Virus record (IMG/VR): IMGVR_UViG_3300044845_000975
Reading direction: 5' to 3' (one strand)
DNA from: an uncultured virus (IMG/VR IMGVR_UViG_3300044845_000975)
Lineage: Duplodnaviria > Heunggongvirae > Uroviricota > Caudoviricetes
Length of the DNA: 64,000 bases
Made by a program: the position numbers and the translations under genes. A model generated the notes under the pieces. That model worked only from the letters and a program-made list of their open reading frames with translations, was not told the DNA's origin and did not search any database. Shown one piece after another: positions 7,322-18,041 of this stretch (position 1 is the stretch's first letter; every line of letters starts with the position of its first letter).

Positions 7322-9170
7322 AGGAAATCAAAAACGTCGTAAACACTTCGACAAAATTAATGAAGAAATTCTAGCCAAAGAAGGCTACCTTGAAGAAAAG
7401 GAAGCTAAGATTTTACTTTATAAATTCCTAAAGGAAAATCCCTCATTTACCTGCGAACTCTTAACTGGCATTCGTTTGTTCCCGTTTCAACACATGGCAA
7501 TTAAATCCATGATGCTTACTGATTATTTCTTGGGCATCTGGAGTCGTGGTCAAAGCAAGAGCTTTACCACGGGTTTATTTGCAGCATTGGATGCTACACT
7601 TAATCAGGGCGTTCATATTGGCATTATTTCCAAGTCTTTTCGACAGAGCCGAATGATCTTCAATAAGATTGAGGACATTATGAAAACCCCAAAAGCCTCA
7701 ATGTTTTCCGAGGCTGTTACTCGCGTCTCTAAAAACAATGACCAATGGGTAATGGAGATTGGTCGTAGCAAAATTACTGCTCTTCCTTTGGGCGATGGTG
7801 AAAAGCTTCGCGGCTTTCGTTTCCAGCGAATGATTATTGACGAGTTTCTACTCATGCCAGAGCGAATCTATAATGAAGTTATTGTTCCTTTCCTGTCTGT
7901 TGTAGAAAACCCCACAGAAAGGCAAGAAATCCATAACCTAGAGAACCAGTTGATTGAGAAGGGAACAATGCTTGAGGAAGAAAGAACTCAATGGCCAAAC
8001 AATAAAATTATTGGTCTTTCTTCTGCCTCTTATAAATTCGAATACTTATATAAATTATACCAGCAATACGAAAACCTTATTCTCAATCCTGAGAAAAGCG
8101 ATGTAGCGCATCGTGTTATTATGCACCTTAGTTATGACTGTGCGCCAACACAGTTGTATGACCAATCCTTAATTCAGCAAGCTAAATCAACAATGAGTCA
8201 GTCTCAGTTTGATCGAGAGTTTGGCTCAATATTTACTGATGACTCTAGCGGCTATTTTAAAGTGAGTAAAATGGCAGCCTGCACCATTGAAGATGGCAGG
8301 GGCCAATGCGTTGAAATTGCTGGCGACTCACAAGCAGAATATTTGCTTTCTTTTGACCCGTCTTGGTCTGAAAGTGAAAGCTCTGACGACTTTGCTATGC
8401 AAGTCTTTAAATTAAATAAAGATAATAAACAAGGAATCTTGGTGCATAGTTACGCTATGCCAGGCACTAGCTTGAAAAGTCATATTTTTTACTTTTTATA
8501 TTTGCTTCAAAACTTTAATATTGTTTCAATCGTTGGTGACTATAACGGCGGCGTTCAGTTTCTTAATGCTTGTAATGAGAGCGAAATGTTTAAGGAGGCT
8601 GGCATTAAAATCGAATGCTTTGATGCTGACTTTGACAATCCGCAAGAATATCACAATGCCTTGAGAGATGCTCGAAATCAATACAATATCGAATCTAAGA
8701 GAATATGTTTACTACGCAGGCCAACTTCTCACTGGATTCGTAGTGCGAATGAACTTTTGCAATCAGCATTTGACCACAAACGCATTTGGTTTGCTGCATC
8801 AGCTATTGATGATGATTATCAGAGTCAAAGGTCTAAAAGAATACCTATTGACAAGATTAAATTCTTGCGCTTTGCTGATTCAGAAGAAAAAGGCGATGCT
8901 GCAAAAATGATTGACTTTATTGAACATCAGAAAGATATGATTGATCTTACAAAAGCTCAGTGTGCATTGATTCAAATTAGCACCACTGCTCAAGGCACTC
9001 AGTCTTTTGATTTACCATCTAATCTCAGGCGTCAATCTGGGCCAGACAAAGCTAGGCGAGATTCTTATTCAGCGCTGGTTCTTGGTAATTGGATGATTCA
9101 AACATATTTTGACATGATGGATTTTAAAGCAGAAGAAGTTGAAAACACATTTACGCCATTCTTGATTTAA
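7308..9170 (+). CDS. terL: terminase large subunit
   Basis: LFPFQ motif, SRGQSKS Walker A variant, LRGFRF..IIDE Walker B, SSA motif, RNase H-like SFDP...DD and DSYSAL. Confidence 0.9.
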   Translation: MAWIEGNQKRRKHFDKINEEILAKEGYLEEKEAKILLYKFLKENPSFTCELLTGIRLFPFQHMAIKSMMLTDYFLGIWSRGQSKSFTTGLFAALDATLNQGVHIGIISKSFRQSRMIFNKIEDIMKTPKASMFSEAVTRVSKNNDQWVMEIGRSKITALPLGDGEKLRGFRFQRMIIDEFLLMPERIYNEVIVPFLSVVENPTERQEIHNLENQLIEKGTMLEEERTQWPNNKIIGLSSASYKFEYLYKLYQQYENLILNPEKSDVAHRVIMHLSYDCAPTQLYDQSLIQQAKSTMSQSQFDREFGSIFTDDSSGYFKVSKMAACTIEDGRGQCVEIAGDSQAEYLLSFDPSWSESESSDDFAMQVFKLNKDNKQGILVHSYAMPGTSLKSHIFYFLYLLQNFNIVSIVGDYNGGVQFLNACNESEMFKEAGIKIECFDADFDNPQEYHNALRDARNQYNIESKRICLLRRPTSHWIRSANELLQSAFDHKRIWFAASAIDDDYQSQRSKRIPIDKIKFLRFADSEEKGDAAKMIDFIEHQKDMIDLTKAQCALIQISTTAQGTQSFDLPSNLRRQSGPDKARRDSYSALVLGNWMIQTYFDMMDFKAEEVENTFTPFLI

Positions 9171-9202
9171 GTGACTTTAAAGTTAGATTTTTGACTTTTT
9201 AA

Positions 9203-9211
9203 GTGTAATAT
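9203..9211 (+). promoter_or_regulatory. phage-specific promoter motif GTGTAATAT
   Basis: 14 nt upstream of portal ATG 9217. Confidence 0.6.
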
Positions 9212-9216
9212 AAGCG

Positions 9217-11184
9217 ATGGCTCGCTCTTACACAAAAAAATCAGAATATTGGAAAAAGTTTGATCAAAAGTCAAATTTCGACTTTACAGAACAAATTCAA
9301 GCAAGCATTGATCCTGTATTAGCAGGTGAGCCGTTTTACACTTCGGATGCTTCTGTAGAATTTAAAGTTTCTAGAGCTTCACGCGAACCACTAGGCAGAA
9401 CAGATGCTACTAGTGGAAGATTGAATCGAGCAGCAGTTGCTCCTGTTTTCGATAGATATAGCAGCATTCGTGCTGGTATGCTGCCATATAGTTTCTCCAA
9501 TGATGGAGTCTATATTCGTGAAGCGATTGAGCTTTGCCAGAAAGCTTATGCTAATGTGCCGATTTTCCGCAATGCTGTTGATTTGATGTCGGAATTTTCC
9601 AATGGTGAAATTTACCTAGAAGGCGGAACCGAAAAATCAAGAGATTTCTTTTATCGTTGGATGCGCAAGATTCGCATGTGGGATTTGAAGGATCAGTTTT
9701 TCCGCGAGTATTATCGCAGCGGTAATATTTTTATTTATCGCACCGATGGTAAGTTTGACATAGAAGATTTTAAAAAGCTTTCTACCGTATATGCCGCAGA
9801 GGGTGATGTTTCTGCAAATACTATTCCCCTAAAATATATTATGCTTAACCCGTTTGATATTGTAGCAAAACGCGCTACAACTTTTAATGCGGTTGCTTAT
9901 GAAAAGGTTTTGTCTGAGTATGATTTGGAGCGTTTGCGCCATCCTCAAACAGAGGAGGATCGCGAACTCTTAAATTCTTTTCCAGAGAATGTTCGCAAAG
10001 ACATTAATCGCGGTGGTTTTGCCAAGAATGGTTTGAAAATTAAAATTGATCCAGTTCGCCTACATTTCGCATTTTATAAAAAACAAGATTATGAACCGTT
10101 CGCTATTCCTTTCGGCTTTCCTGTACTTCAAGACATTAACGCAAAGCTTGAACTCAAGAAAATGGATCAAGCAATCACGCGAACCGTTGAGAATGTCATT
10201 CTACTTATCACAATGGGCGCTCCCCCTGACAAGGGCGGAATCAACCACAACAACCTTAGAGCCATGCAAGACTTGTTCAGAAACGAGTCTGTTGGAAGAG
10301 TTCTCATTTCAGACTACACAACAAAAGCTGACTTCGTTATTCCAGACCTTAACAAAGTTCTTGGACCATCAAAATACGAAACACTAAATAAAGACATTGA
10401 ACAAGGTCTTCAGAATATTTTCTTTGGTGATGACAAGTATGGAAACATCTCCACCAAAATTGATATGTTTATTGACCGCTTGAAAGAGAGTCGTCAAGCC
10501 TTTTTAAATGAATTTTTGCAGCCAGAAATCAAACGTATTGCTAAAGCTCTAGGATTTAGAGCTTACCCAGAAGCTCGCTTTAAGGAAATTGATTTCAAGG
10601 ACAATACGCAGCTTCTTCGTGTTACTACTCGCCTTATGGAACTTGGAGTTATTACTCCTCAACAGGGTCTTACAGTATTCAACACTGGGCGATTCCCACA
10701 AGCAGAAGAAATTGCACCTGCTCAAGAAACCTTTGTTTCCGATAGAGAAAAGGGTTACTACAATCCGATTGTTGGTGGTGTTCCAGTAACGGCTCCAGCC
10801 GAATCCGAAATAAATAAAACTCCAAAATCTGCTGGTCGCCCGCAAGGCGCAGTTACAGAAGCTAATTTTTCTCGAAAAAACATTCAAGAAGTTATCTACA
10901 AGATTGAAACTTTAGATAGCACAGTCAAAACAAAAGCTAAAGAAGTTTTGGGGGTCAAGAAGCTAAATAAACAACAAACTTCTGCTATTGACGAGCTTTG
11001 TAAAAAAGTTATTTGCGCTTACGAAATAGATAATTGGGAAACTAAAGCTTTAGAATGTGTAAATGATTTCAATCAGATCGAATCTTTGGGGCTTTTGGAA
11101 GAAGTTACAGAGATTGCCGAATCTCACCAGTTAGATTTTTATTCCGCCGCAATTCTCCACCATAGCAAAACTCATGAATCCTGA
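9217..11184 (+). CDS. portal protein
   Basis: 655 aa directly after terL; AYANVPIFRNAVDLMSEF and YYRSGNIFIY are portal-like. Confidence 0.8.
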   Translation: MARSYTKKSEYWKKFDQKSNFDFTEQIQASIDPVLAGEPFYTSDASVEFKVSRASREPLGRTDATSGRLNRAAVAPVFDRYSSIRAGMLPYSFSNDGVYIREAIELCQKAYANVPIFRNAVDLMSEFSNGEIYLEGGTEKSRDFFYRWMRKIRMWDLKDQFFREYYRSGNIFIYRTDGKFDIEDFKKLSTVYAAEGDVSANTIPLKYIMLNPFDIVAKRATTFNAVAYEKVLSEYDLERLRHPQTEEDRELLNSFPENVRKDINRGGFAKNGLKIKIDPVRLHFAFYKKQDYEPFAIPFGFPVLQDINAKLELKKMDQAITRTVENVILLITMGAPPDKGGINHNNLRAMQDLFRNESVGRVLISDYTTKADFVIPDLNKVLGPSKYETLNKDIEQGLQNIFFGDDKYGNISTKIDMFIDRLKESRQAFLNEFLQPEIKRIAKALGFRAYPEARFKEIDFKDNTQLLRVTTRLMELGVITPQQGLTVFNTGRFPQAEEIAPAQETFVSDREKGYYNPIVGGVPVTAPAESEINKTPKSAGRPQGAVTEANFSRKNIQEVIYKIETLDSTVKTKAKEVLGVKKLNKQQTSAIDELCKKVICAYEIDNWETKALECVNDFNQIESLGLLEEVTEIAESHQLDFYSAAILHHSKTHES

Positions 11185-11644
11185 ACAAGTACCCATTCCT
11201 CTTGAAAAGACAATAAAATTTATTAATGGAGCTATTGAAGTTTCTATTGCCGAAGTCAGCATGACTGATAAAGAAAAAAAAGTCTATAAAAAGTTCATGG
11301 CTAAATGTGTTAGCTCATCTTCCAAAGATAAGAAAGACGCAATGGTTGCTTGTGCTGTTGACTTCAAGAAAATGAAGGAACAACTAATGGCAGAAGACGA
11401 AGAGGAAGAAGATGTTGAAGAGGATGATGAAGAAGAAGACGAAAGCGTTAAAGAGAAATCCGAATCTGCCGCAAAAAAACAAAATAAAATGGAGTATCGC
11501 GAAAAAGTGAAAACTCCTGGTAATAGCATCAACATTATCACTATTGAGCAAATCAATAAATGGGAAAAAGCTGAGAAAAATGAAACTCAGCTTGATGAAC
11601 AAAAAGAAACCAAAACAGTTTGGAGAAATACTGTAGATTTATAA
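11174..11644 (+). CDS. acidic head-associated hypothetical protein
   Basis: 156 aa with poly-Glu/Asp tract, between portal and protease. Confidence 0.65.
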   Translation: MNPEQVPIPLEKTIKFINGAIEVSIAEVSMTDKEKKVYKKFMAKCVSSSSKDKKDAMVACAVDFKKMKEQLMAEDEEEEDVEEDDEEEDESVKEKSESAAKKQNKMEYREKVKTPGNSINIITIEQINKWEKAEKNETQLDEQKETKTVWRNTVDL

Positions 11645-13176
11645 TGAATTTTAAATACAAAACAAAGTTCGATGTATCTTTACGCCAATGCTCTATTGGC
11701 GATAATTCTTTTATCTCAAAAGCTTCACTCGAAAATTTAAAAAGCTTGCTTCCAAGTAATCAAATTGATTTAAATAAAAACATTGATTTGATGGGCGTGG
11801 CTTTTGATGCAGCAGTAATCAACCAATTCAACAAAAACGACGATGGAATCGACTCAGAAACCGCTGTTAACATCGCGCCATATTTTATTCACAAACCAAC
11901 CAATATTGAACATAACAAGCAAAAAATTGTGGGTCATATTGTTTCTGCTGGTTTTAATTCTTGGGGAGACAATTTGCCACTAAGCAATGAAGAAGTTCTT
12001 GGTTCAAATGGTTTAATTAATTTAGCTTTAGGAGCAGTAGTTTACAAACTTGTTGACTCAAAATTCACTGACTTGGTTTATAAATCAACCAGCGAAGGAA
12101 ATGACTTGTTTAACTCTGTTTCCGCAAGCTGGGAGCTTGGTTTTAGCGAGTATGTTTTAGCTGTTGGAAGCAGTAATTTAAAGGAAGCTGAAATCATTTC
12201 CAACCCAAAACACATTCAAGAACTTAAGGCGAAATTAAGAGCTTATGGTGGCAATGGTAAAATGGAAGATGGCTCTAAAATTTATCGCTTAGTTAAGGGT
12301 AATGTTTTCCCACTTGGTATTGGATTCACTTCAACACCAGCCGCTAATGTTAAAGGTCTTCTTCTCGATAACATTGAAACAGAAGAAGAAGTAACTTTCA
12401 AAGACAAAAGGGATAAAAAAGTTTTCGCATTTGCTGAAAATAAAATTTCCCAATTTAAAATAAATACTGTAAACAACAAAAAATCTATGGATTTAGAAAC
12501 ATTTCTTTCAGAATTAAAGGCTTCTCTACAAGAGAAGAAATTCTCCGAAGAAGCAATTGCTGGGATGACCAGTACTTTTGCTGATGCTATTCGTCAAAAA
12601 GACGAAGAATATCGCGCTGCAAAGCAGGAGAAAGAAGCTTCCGAAACAAAAGCCAAGGAACTCCTTGCTTCTGTTGAAGGTCTTCAAAAAGAACTTTCAG
12701 ACACTAAAGTACGCATTCAAGAAATTGAAGCCGCTCAAGAAGCTGAAAAAGCTCTAGCTCATTTCAACGCTCGCATGGAGCAAGTTGACAATATTTATGC
12801 TTTGGAAGATGAGGATCGCAAGATTCTTGCTTCTGAACTTAAGTCACTTGATCTAACCGATGAAGCTTTTGCTTCTTATCAGGAGAAACTAGCAATTGTT
12901 TGGAAACATAAAAACAAAGAACATATTGCTCGTCTCACTGAAGAAGCTGAAGCTAAAATCACTGCTGAAGTTGAAAAGCGTCTCGCTGAACTTAATAAGT
13001 CAAACGCTTCTGTTGATAAAACACCAGAAGAATTGGCAGAAGAAGCTCTTGAGAAAGCTAAGGCTTCTGAAAAAGAAGCTCTCCCAAACAACAACGGTGA
13101 ATCTAGCAAAGAAACTAAAAGCTTCAAAGAAAGATTTGCTGCTGCTTTTTCTCGCGAAAATATCTCTATTTCCTAA
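11644..13176 (+). CDS. prohead protease fused to coiled-coil scaffold
   Basis: NKNDD, NIEH, SASWE, PAA protease motifs; Glu/Lys/Ala-rich C-terminal half. Confidence 0.8.
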   Translation: MNFKYKTKFDVSLRQCSIGDNSFISKASLENLKSLLPSNQIDLNKNIDLMGVAFDAAVINQFNKNDDGIDSETAVNIAPYFIHKPTNIEHNKQKIVGHIVSAGFNSWGDNLPLSNEEVLGSNGLINLALGAVVYKLVDSKFTDLVYKSTSEGNDLFNSVSASWELGFSEYVLAVGSSNLKEAEIISNPKHIQELKAKLRAYGGNGKMEDGSKIYRLVKGNVFPLGIGFTSTPAANVKGLLLDNIETEEEVTFKDKRDKKVFAFAENKISQFKINTVNNKKSMDLETFLSELKASLQEKKFSEEAIAGMTSTFADAIRQKDEEYRAAKQEKEASETKAKELLASVEGLQKELSDTKVRIQEIEAAQEAEKALAHFNARMEQVDNIYALEDEDRKILASELKSLDLTDEAFASYQEKLAIVWKHKNKEHIARLTEEAEAKITAEVEKRLAELNKSNASVDKTPEELAEEALEKAKASEKEALPNNNGESSKETKSFKERFAAAFSRENISIS

Positions 13177-13195
13177 CTCTATTAATTAATCATTT

Positions 13196-13831
13196 ATGGC
13201 TACAAGACTACTCCCATTCCGTCAATATGATGACAACGATGTTGTCAACATGTATGCACTAGTAGATGCTGCAATCAACGACAGTGTTACTGGCGTTGGT
13301 TCTGGTGACGCTGGTGTTTTCGTTAAAGTTTCCGCTGGAAACTTCGACCTCGATCCTGTTTCTTACGCTACCAACAGCTACCTCGGCAAAACCGACTATC
13401 CTTTTGTTGGCGCTAACCAGTATCCTTCCGTCAACCTAAAAGTTACTCCTGCCGCTTCTGGCGACACTACTAACTGCCTAGGTCTTACCCTCCGTCAGAC
13501 TGCTAAGACTGATGAAAACGGTGAGAAGCTTCTCTACTATCGTCAAAAGGCTGAAGAACTCATGTGCGTTCTTCCTGGTCAAGCTGTTCCTGTCGCTACT
13601 CGCGGTATTTTCTCCCTTGGAGCAAATTCTTTCGGCGGCGGTACACTTACTGGCAACAACCTCTTTGTTGGCAGCGGTATTAAGCTTTCCGCTACTCAAG
13701 GCAACATCACTGGATGCCTCATGAGCGACGCTGGCAAGATCGGTACTATTCTTGGTACTGGTACCCGCACTTCCCAGACCACCACCGACCAATTCGCAGG
13801 CGATTTCGTCGTAATCGGTCTTCGCATGTAA
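13196..13831 (+). CDS. capsid decoration/cement protein
   Basis: Gly-rich beta protein between scaffold and capsid genes; high-expression codon bias. Confidence 0.6.
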   Translation: MATRLLPFRQYDDNDVVNMYALVDAAINDSVTGVGSGDAGVFVKVSAGNFDLDPVSYATNSYLGKTDYPFVGANQYPSVNLKVTPAASGDTTNCLGLTLRQTAKTDENGEKLLYYRQKAEELMCVLPGQAVPVATRGIFSLGANSFGGGTLTGNNLFVGSGIKLSATQGNITGCLMSDAGKIGTILGTGTRTSQTTTDQFAGDFVVIGLRM

Positions 13832-13859
13832 TTTTAACCAAGGAGGAAACAATTTAAAT

Positions 13860-14972
13860 ATGAAAATCACTCTTAAAAGAACTCCAGAACAGGTCGAACT
13901 AATCAAGGCCATGGCTTCACGCAACCGTCAGGTCGCTTACGAAGCTCAAGTTGCCCTTGCTGAATTCATTGGCCCAGTTCTCGCTGAAGTCATCAATAAC
14001 GCTCCTACGCTCAGTAATCTCTTTACTCAGCTTCAGTTCAACGCTGATGATAATCCATCCATCCCTCTTGACCTATACTATGATATTTCCGATGAGGACT
14101 ATATCACTGTGTATAGCCAAAGCGCTGCTGGTGGTCTTCCACAGAACCAAGTCCTTCCGACTGTTTCTGAAATGAAGATTGCTACCTACACCCTCGACTC
14201 TGCTCTTAGCTTTGATCGTCGCTATGCTGCCAAAAGCCGCATGGATGTAATTAGCAAGACCTTCACTCGTATGGCTCAAGAAATCCTTCTTAAGCAGGAG
14301 CGCACCAGCGCCAACCTTCTTATGAGCGCTCTTGCTAACGCCACCACTAATGGTCTTTCCCACATTCTTAGCGCCACTACTGCTGGCTCTTTCCTTTTGC
14401 AAGACTTCAACAACCTAATCACCCGCGCTCGCCGCATCAACACTTCCTTCTCTAAGGGTACTCCAGAAGGCGCTGCTAATGCTCGCGGTATTACTGATCT
14501 CATTATCTCTCCTGAGCTTGAGAACAGCTTACGCGCAATGGCTTATAACCCAATCAACACCAAAGGTGCTGGTGGTGCTGCCCTAGTTGGCACACAGCCT
14601 AACTCTAACGGTATTGCTGCTCCTGATGAAATGCGTATGGCTCTATACAACTCCGCTGGTCTTCCAGAGTTTTATGGTGTTTCCATCATGGTCATCAATG
14701 AGCTTGGCACAGCCCAGAAGTATAACACTATCTTTGATGCTGTTTACGGTGGTAGCTTCAACCCAGCTACTCAAGAAATTGCAGTTGGCCTAGATCGTGG
14801 TCGCGAATCTCTTATTCGCGCTACTGCAATCGACAGCGATAGCGGTTCTGAGTTCGCTCTCATTGCTGACGACCAGTACAGCATCCGTCAGAACAAGATC
14901 GGTTACTTCGGTTCACTCGAAGAAGGCCGTATGGTTCTCGACAACCGTGCTCTACTAGGCGTGATCGTCTAA
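13860..14972 (+). CDS. major capsid protein
   Basis: 370 aa, AGGAGG RBS, strong codon bias, followed by a strong terminator; position in head module. Confidence 0.8.
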   Translation: MKITLKRTPEQVELIKAMASRNRQVAYEAQVALAEFIGPVLAEVINNAPTLSNLFTQLQFNADDNPSIPLDLYYDISDEDYITVYSQSAAGGLPQNQVLPTVSEMKIATYTLDSALSFDRRYAAKSRMDVISKTFTRMAQEILLKQERTSANLLMSALANATTNGLSHILSATTAGSFLLQDFNNLITRARRINTSFSKGTPEGAANARGITDLIISPELENSLRAMAYNPINTKGAGGAALVGTQPNSNGIAAPDEMRMALYNSAGLPEFYGVSIMVINELGTAQKYNTIFDAVYGGSFNPATQEIAVGLDRGRESLIRATAIDSDSGSEFALIADDQYSIRQNKIGYFGSLEEGRMVLDNRALLGVIV

Positions 14973-14986
14973 TAGGAATAAACTTG

Positions 14987-15019
14987 GGGGACTGCTCGAA
15001 AGGGCAGTCCCCTTTTTTT
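14987..15019 (+). terminator. intrinsic terminator
   Basis: GGGGACTGCTC-GAAA-GGGCAGTCCCC then T7. Confidence 0.92.
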
Positions 15020-15053
15020 GTTTACTTTTTAAAGTTTGAATGTAATATAATAT

Positions 15054-15419
15054 ATGAATCCAAAAGATGAATTAAATAATATCGAGCATATCAATGGCAA
15101 GGAATTCAAGGAAAAAATTATTGAATTAGAAAAAATCCTTGGTGTGCAAGAAGTTAACCCCTTTAAAACAACTAATGCTCAAGTATTCGAGGATCGCTTG
15201 GCTGAAATGAATTACTCTGAGATGCAGTCTCTAGCTATGCGCGTGGGCCTTAGCCCATACTTGCAAAAGCCGCAAATTAAAAAAGCTCTCATGAAGGAAT
15301 TTAAAAGCTATAATTTAAATGCTACTGGCAAACTTTTGCCTCTAACAACTAAATCAATTCAGCTTGACCCAAATAATCCCCAACATCAAAAAACCCTCAA
15401 AATCTTAGGAGAATTTTAA
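15054..15419 (+). CDS. hypothetical protein
   Basis: 121-aa ORF with ATGTAATAT motif 14 nt upstream. Confidence 0.7.
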   Translation: MNPKDELNNIEHINGKEFKEKIIELEKILGVQEVNPFKTTNAQVFEDRLAEMNYSEMQSLAMRVGLSPYLQKPQIKKALMKEFKSYNLNATGKLLPLTTKSIQLDPNNPQHQKTLKILGEF

Positions 15420-15922
15420 TGAGCGCATATTCAGGTTTAGCACATGAAATTTTTAGTGTAGAGTTTGGTTCGGACTCTAGTGAGACTACGTTTAGTCAGA
15501 TTAGCGGCTGGTTTTCTACAAATTTAGGAATGCTAAATACTCTTTTGTACACCAATTTTACTGGCCAAAATCCTGATCTTGGTATTGAAGAGAAGGCTAT
15601 TTTTAAAGAGCTTTATTTAAGCAATTTTTACACCAAGCAGGCTCGCAAAGCTTTGCGTGGTATTTTAGCTTCAACCAATAATGGTGATAATATTCTCTCT
15701 GTTTCTGATGGAGATAACTCTATTACCTTTGTTAACCGCAATGAAGTGAGCAAAGTTTATCGCGGTTTAGCTCAAGACTCTCAGACTCGTCTTAAGGATT
15801 TGGTTTATGCTTATAGTAGTTATAAGGCTGAACCTCGTCAGCTTGGCGGTATCGAAGCTGGTTATGCGAGTGGCAGTGGAGGTTATTATCCATACTCTTA
15901 TTATCCTGGCGGTTATCTGTAA
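15419..15922 (+). CDS. putative head-tail adaptor
   Basis: helical protein with LSVSDGDNSITF hairpin; position after capsid gene. Confidence 0.55.
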   Translation: MSAYSGLAHEIFSVEFGSDSSETTFSQISGWFSTNLGMLNTLLYTNFTGQNPDLGIEEKAIFKELYLSNFYTKQARKALRGILASTNNGDNILSVSDGDNSITFVNRNEVSKVYRGLAQDSQTRLKDLVYAYSSYKAEPRQLGGIEAGYASGSGGYYPYSYYPGGYL

Positions 15923-15934
15923 CAACTAATATAT

Positions 15935-15973
15935 AAAAAAAGAACCCCATCCTTTTCAGGATGGGGTTTTTTT
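15935..15973. terminator. bidirectional intrinsic terminator
   Basis: A-run, AACCCCATCCT-TTTC-AGGATGGGGTT, T-run, between convergent genes. Confidence 0.9.
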
Positions 15974-15982
15974 ATTTACTTA

Positions 15983-17122
15983 TTAAACGTATAGGACACC
16001 TGTATTAGCGCCTGACATGAAGATACCGTGAACGGAATCGTTAGGACCACCAATCTGAGTTGAGAAGGTAATATCCACACTCTTGTTAGAGCCAATGTCA
16101 GATGAATAGCTTTCGCTGTCAAGACGAGCAGCTTTGAACACATAACGAACAGCTTCTTCGGAAGAGCCAGGCTTTTTAATAGCGAGAGTAATATCTCTTT
16201 CAGCACCATCGTCAATCATGTTTGCTAGGTTGCGAGCTTGCACTTCGTTAACAAGAGCATTAACGCTCATTGTTGCAGTAACAGGGAAGTCTGTTACACG
16301 GGCGAAGGCGAAGCGGCTTCCAAGACGTTCGATTGGCGTACGGCTCATTGGGAGACTTAAGCTAACGCTCTGAATGTTGATTGCGTTATTGCTTCCATCA
16401 ACTGTTGATGTAGGAGTGCCACCAGAACCAGTGAATGAGCCGAAGCTGAGAGTAATATCACCAGGGCGAAGAGCGGTTACACCGTCACCAGTTCCAGGGA
16501 CTGGAAGTTGAACGCTTAGCCCAACTGATGTACCAGATTCAGGATTAATAGCTGGGCTTGGTACTCCAGTTACACCTGCGCCAGAAGAGTAAGTAGCAGC
16601 ATTAAAGCCAAGACCTTCAACTGAAACTGAGATGGTAGGAAGATCGCCCACAGCAGCATTAAGAGTATAGTCAGTGATGAAACCATTGCCAACACCAATA
16701 ACACCTTTACCGCTTAAACCATTGGTAGCAGTAGTGCCAGAAGCGTTGTCAAAGTTAAGGTCAATACCTTCGGCTGAGGTTACAATGTAGAAATTGCGAC
16801 CTTCGGAGCTGATCATTTGACCAGATGCAAAGTTAACGCCGCCTCCGATAGCGCCAGTTTGAACGGCGAAACCCAAAGCTCTTTCATTGAAACCATCTGC
16901 TAGGTAGTAGGAGAGATCAAGGCTTACAGTGGGTGACTGAAGCACAAGAGCGTCGATACGCGCTAGCTGACCGAATTGGTTAACGTCTTGACGAGTGATT
17001 TCAAAACTATAGTTTGCACTCTGTACACGTTTTAGTTGTAAGTGTGCGCCTGTGCCCGTAGCATAGATTCCGCTGCTTGAGAACAGCCCTTCTGATTGAT
17101 AAATTACGCGATTTCTTGCCAT
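15983..17122 (-). CDS. major tail tube protein
   Basis: 379-aa beta-rich protein, high-expression codon bias, RVQSANYSF...DVNQFGQ motif, ends at terminator. Confidence 0.7.
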   Translation of the reverse strand: MARNRVIYQSEGLFSSSGIYATGTGAHLQLKRVQSANYSFEITRQDVNQFGQLARIDALVLQSPTVSLDLSYYLADGFNERALGFAVQTGAIGGGVNFASGQMISSEGRNFYIVTSAEGIDLNFDNASGTTATNGLSGKGVIGVGNGFITDYTLNAAVGDLPTISVSVEGLGFNAATYSSGAGVTGVPSPAINPESGTSVGLSVQLPVPGTGDGVTALRPGDITLSFGSFTGSGGTPTSTVDGSNNAINIQSVSLSLPMSRTPIERLGSRFAFARVTDFPVTATMSVNALVNEVQARNLANMIDDGAERDITLAIKKPGSSEEAVRYVFKAARLDSESYSSDIGSNKSVDITFSTQIGGPNDSVHGIFMSGANTGVLYV

Positions 17123-17168
17123 AAAAAGAAAGTTTGACTTATTTACATTTAAATTTGTGAATTGAGAA

Positions 17169-18041
17169 CTAAATTCTTGGGTATCTCATCATTGAGACAT
17201 CGAAATCAATAAAGCCAACATACAAATCATTAACTAGTGACTTGCGAGGTTTGTCATTCATTTTTGATACAGTCACTTTGTCGATAAAGTATTTATTATT
17301 ATTAATATATTGATTTTTTAAATCTTGATAGTTATAATATCCACTTTTTAAATCTCCATATTCTGTATATGGATAATCATTAAATGGAATATCAACAATC
17401 ACCTCGTTAAAGGAGTCTGCAAAAATAGACAAGATGCCATCTAATTGATAAGGATTTTCAGCAATAACCACAGCATTCAAATTTGTCATTGTTTGATTCA
17501 TTCCGCCAAAAGCAAACGGCTTGTTTTGAAAAGCTGCGTTACAAATGTAAACGGCTGGAACTACTTGGTCATAAGGTTTGACATAACTTACATCTTCATC
17601 GGTTCCAATGCGGCGATTCAGAATAAATTTCTTCTCAACAATCAAATCTTCTTCAGTATCGTTTGAATAATACACGTTAAAATCTTTAACTGCAAAAGAC
17701 CCTGTAACTATTGATCCAGTAGCTAAACCACTAATTAAAGTGCGGCCATTATCAAAGTCTAAAATTCTTTGAGCAGTATCATTACTAGCTCCAGTAGCTC
17801 GACCATAGAAATTATTTCCAACATAAACTCCAGAAGGAATCGTTGCTCCAGAAATTGAGGAGTCGCTTACCCATTGTTTATATTGGCTGCCAAAAGCATT
17901 ATAAGTATTTGGTAGTCTTTCGTCAGAGTAATAGAAAAATTGACCAGTTGAATTGGTGTATGCTTGCCCCTTGGTCAACAAATAATTGTCGAACCATAGC
18001 ATGAAAGATGAGGCTAATTGGTGTTGATATTGGGGGATCAT
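17169..18041 (-). CDS. putative tail terminator/neck protein
   Basis: position next to tail tube; PAVYI...FAFGG. Confidence 0.5.
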   Translation of the reverse strand: MIPQYQHQLASSFMLWFDNYLLTKGQAYTNSTGQFFYYSDERLPNTYNAFGSQYKQWVSDSSISGATIPSGVYVGNNFYGRATGASNDTAQRILDFDNGRTLISGLATGSIVTGSFAVKDFNVYYSNDTEEDLIVEKKFILNRRIGTDEDVSYVKPYDQVVPAVYICNAAFQNKPFAFGGMNQTMTNLNAVVIAENPYQLDGILSIFADSFNEVIVDIPFNDYPYTEYGDLKSGYYNYQDLKNQYINNNKYFIDKVTVSKMNDKPRKSLVNDLYVGFIDFDVSMMRYPRI

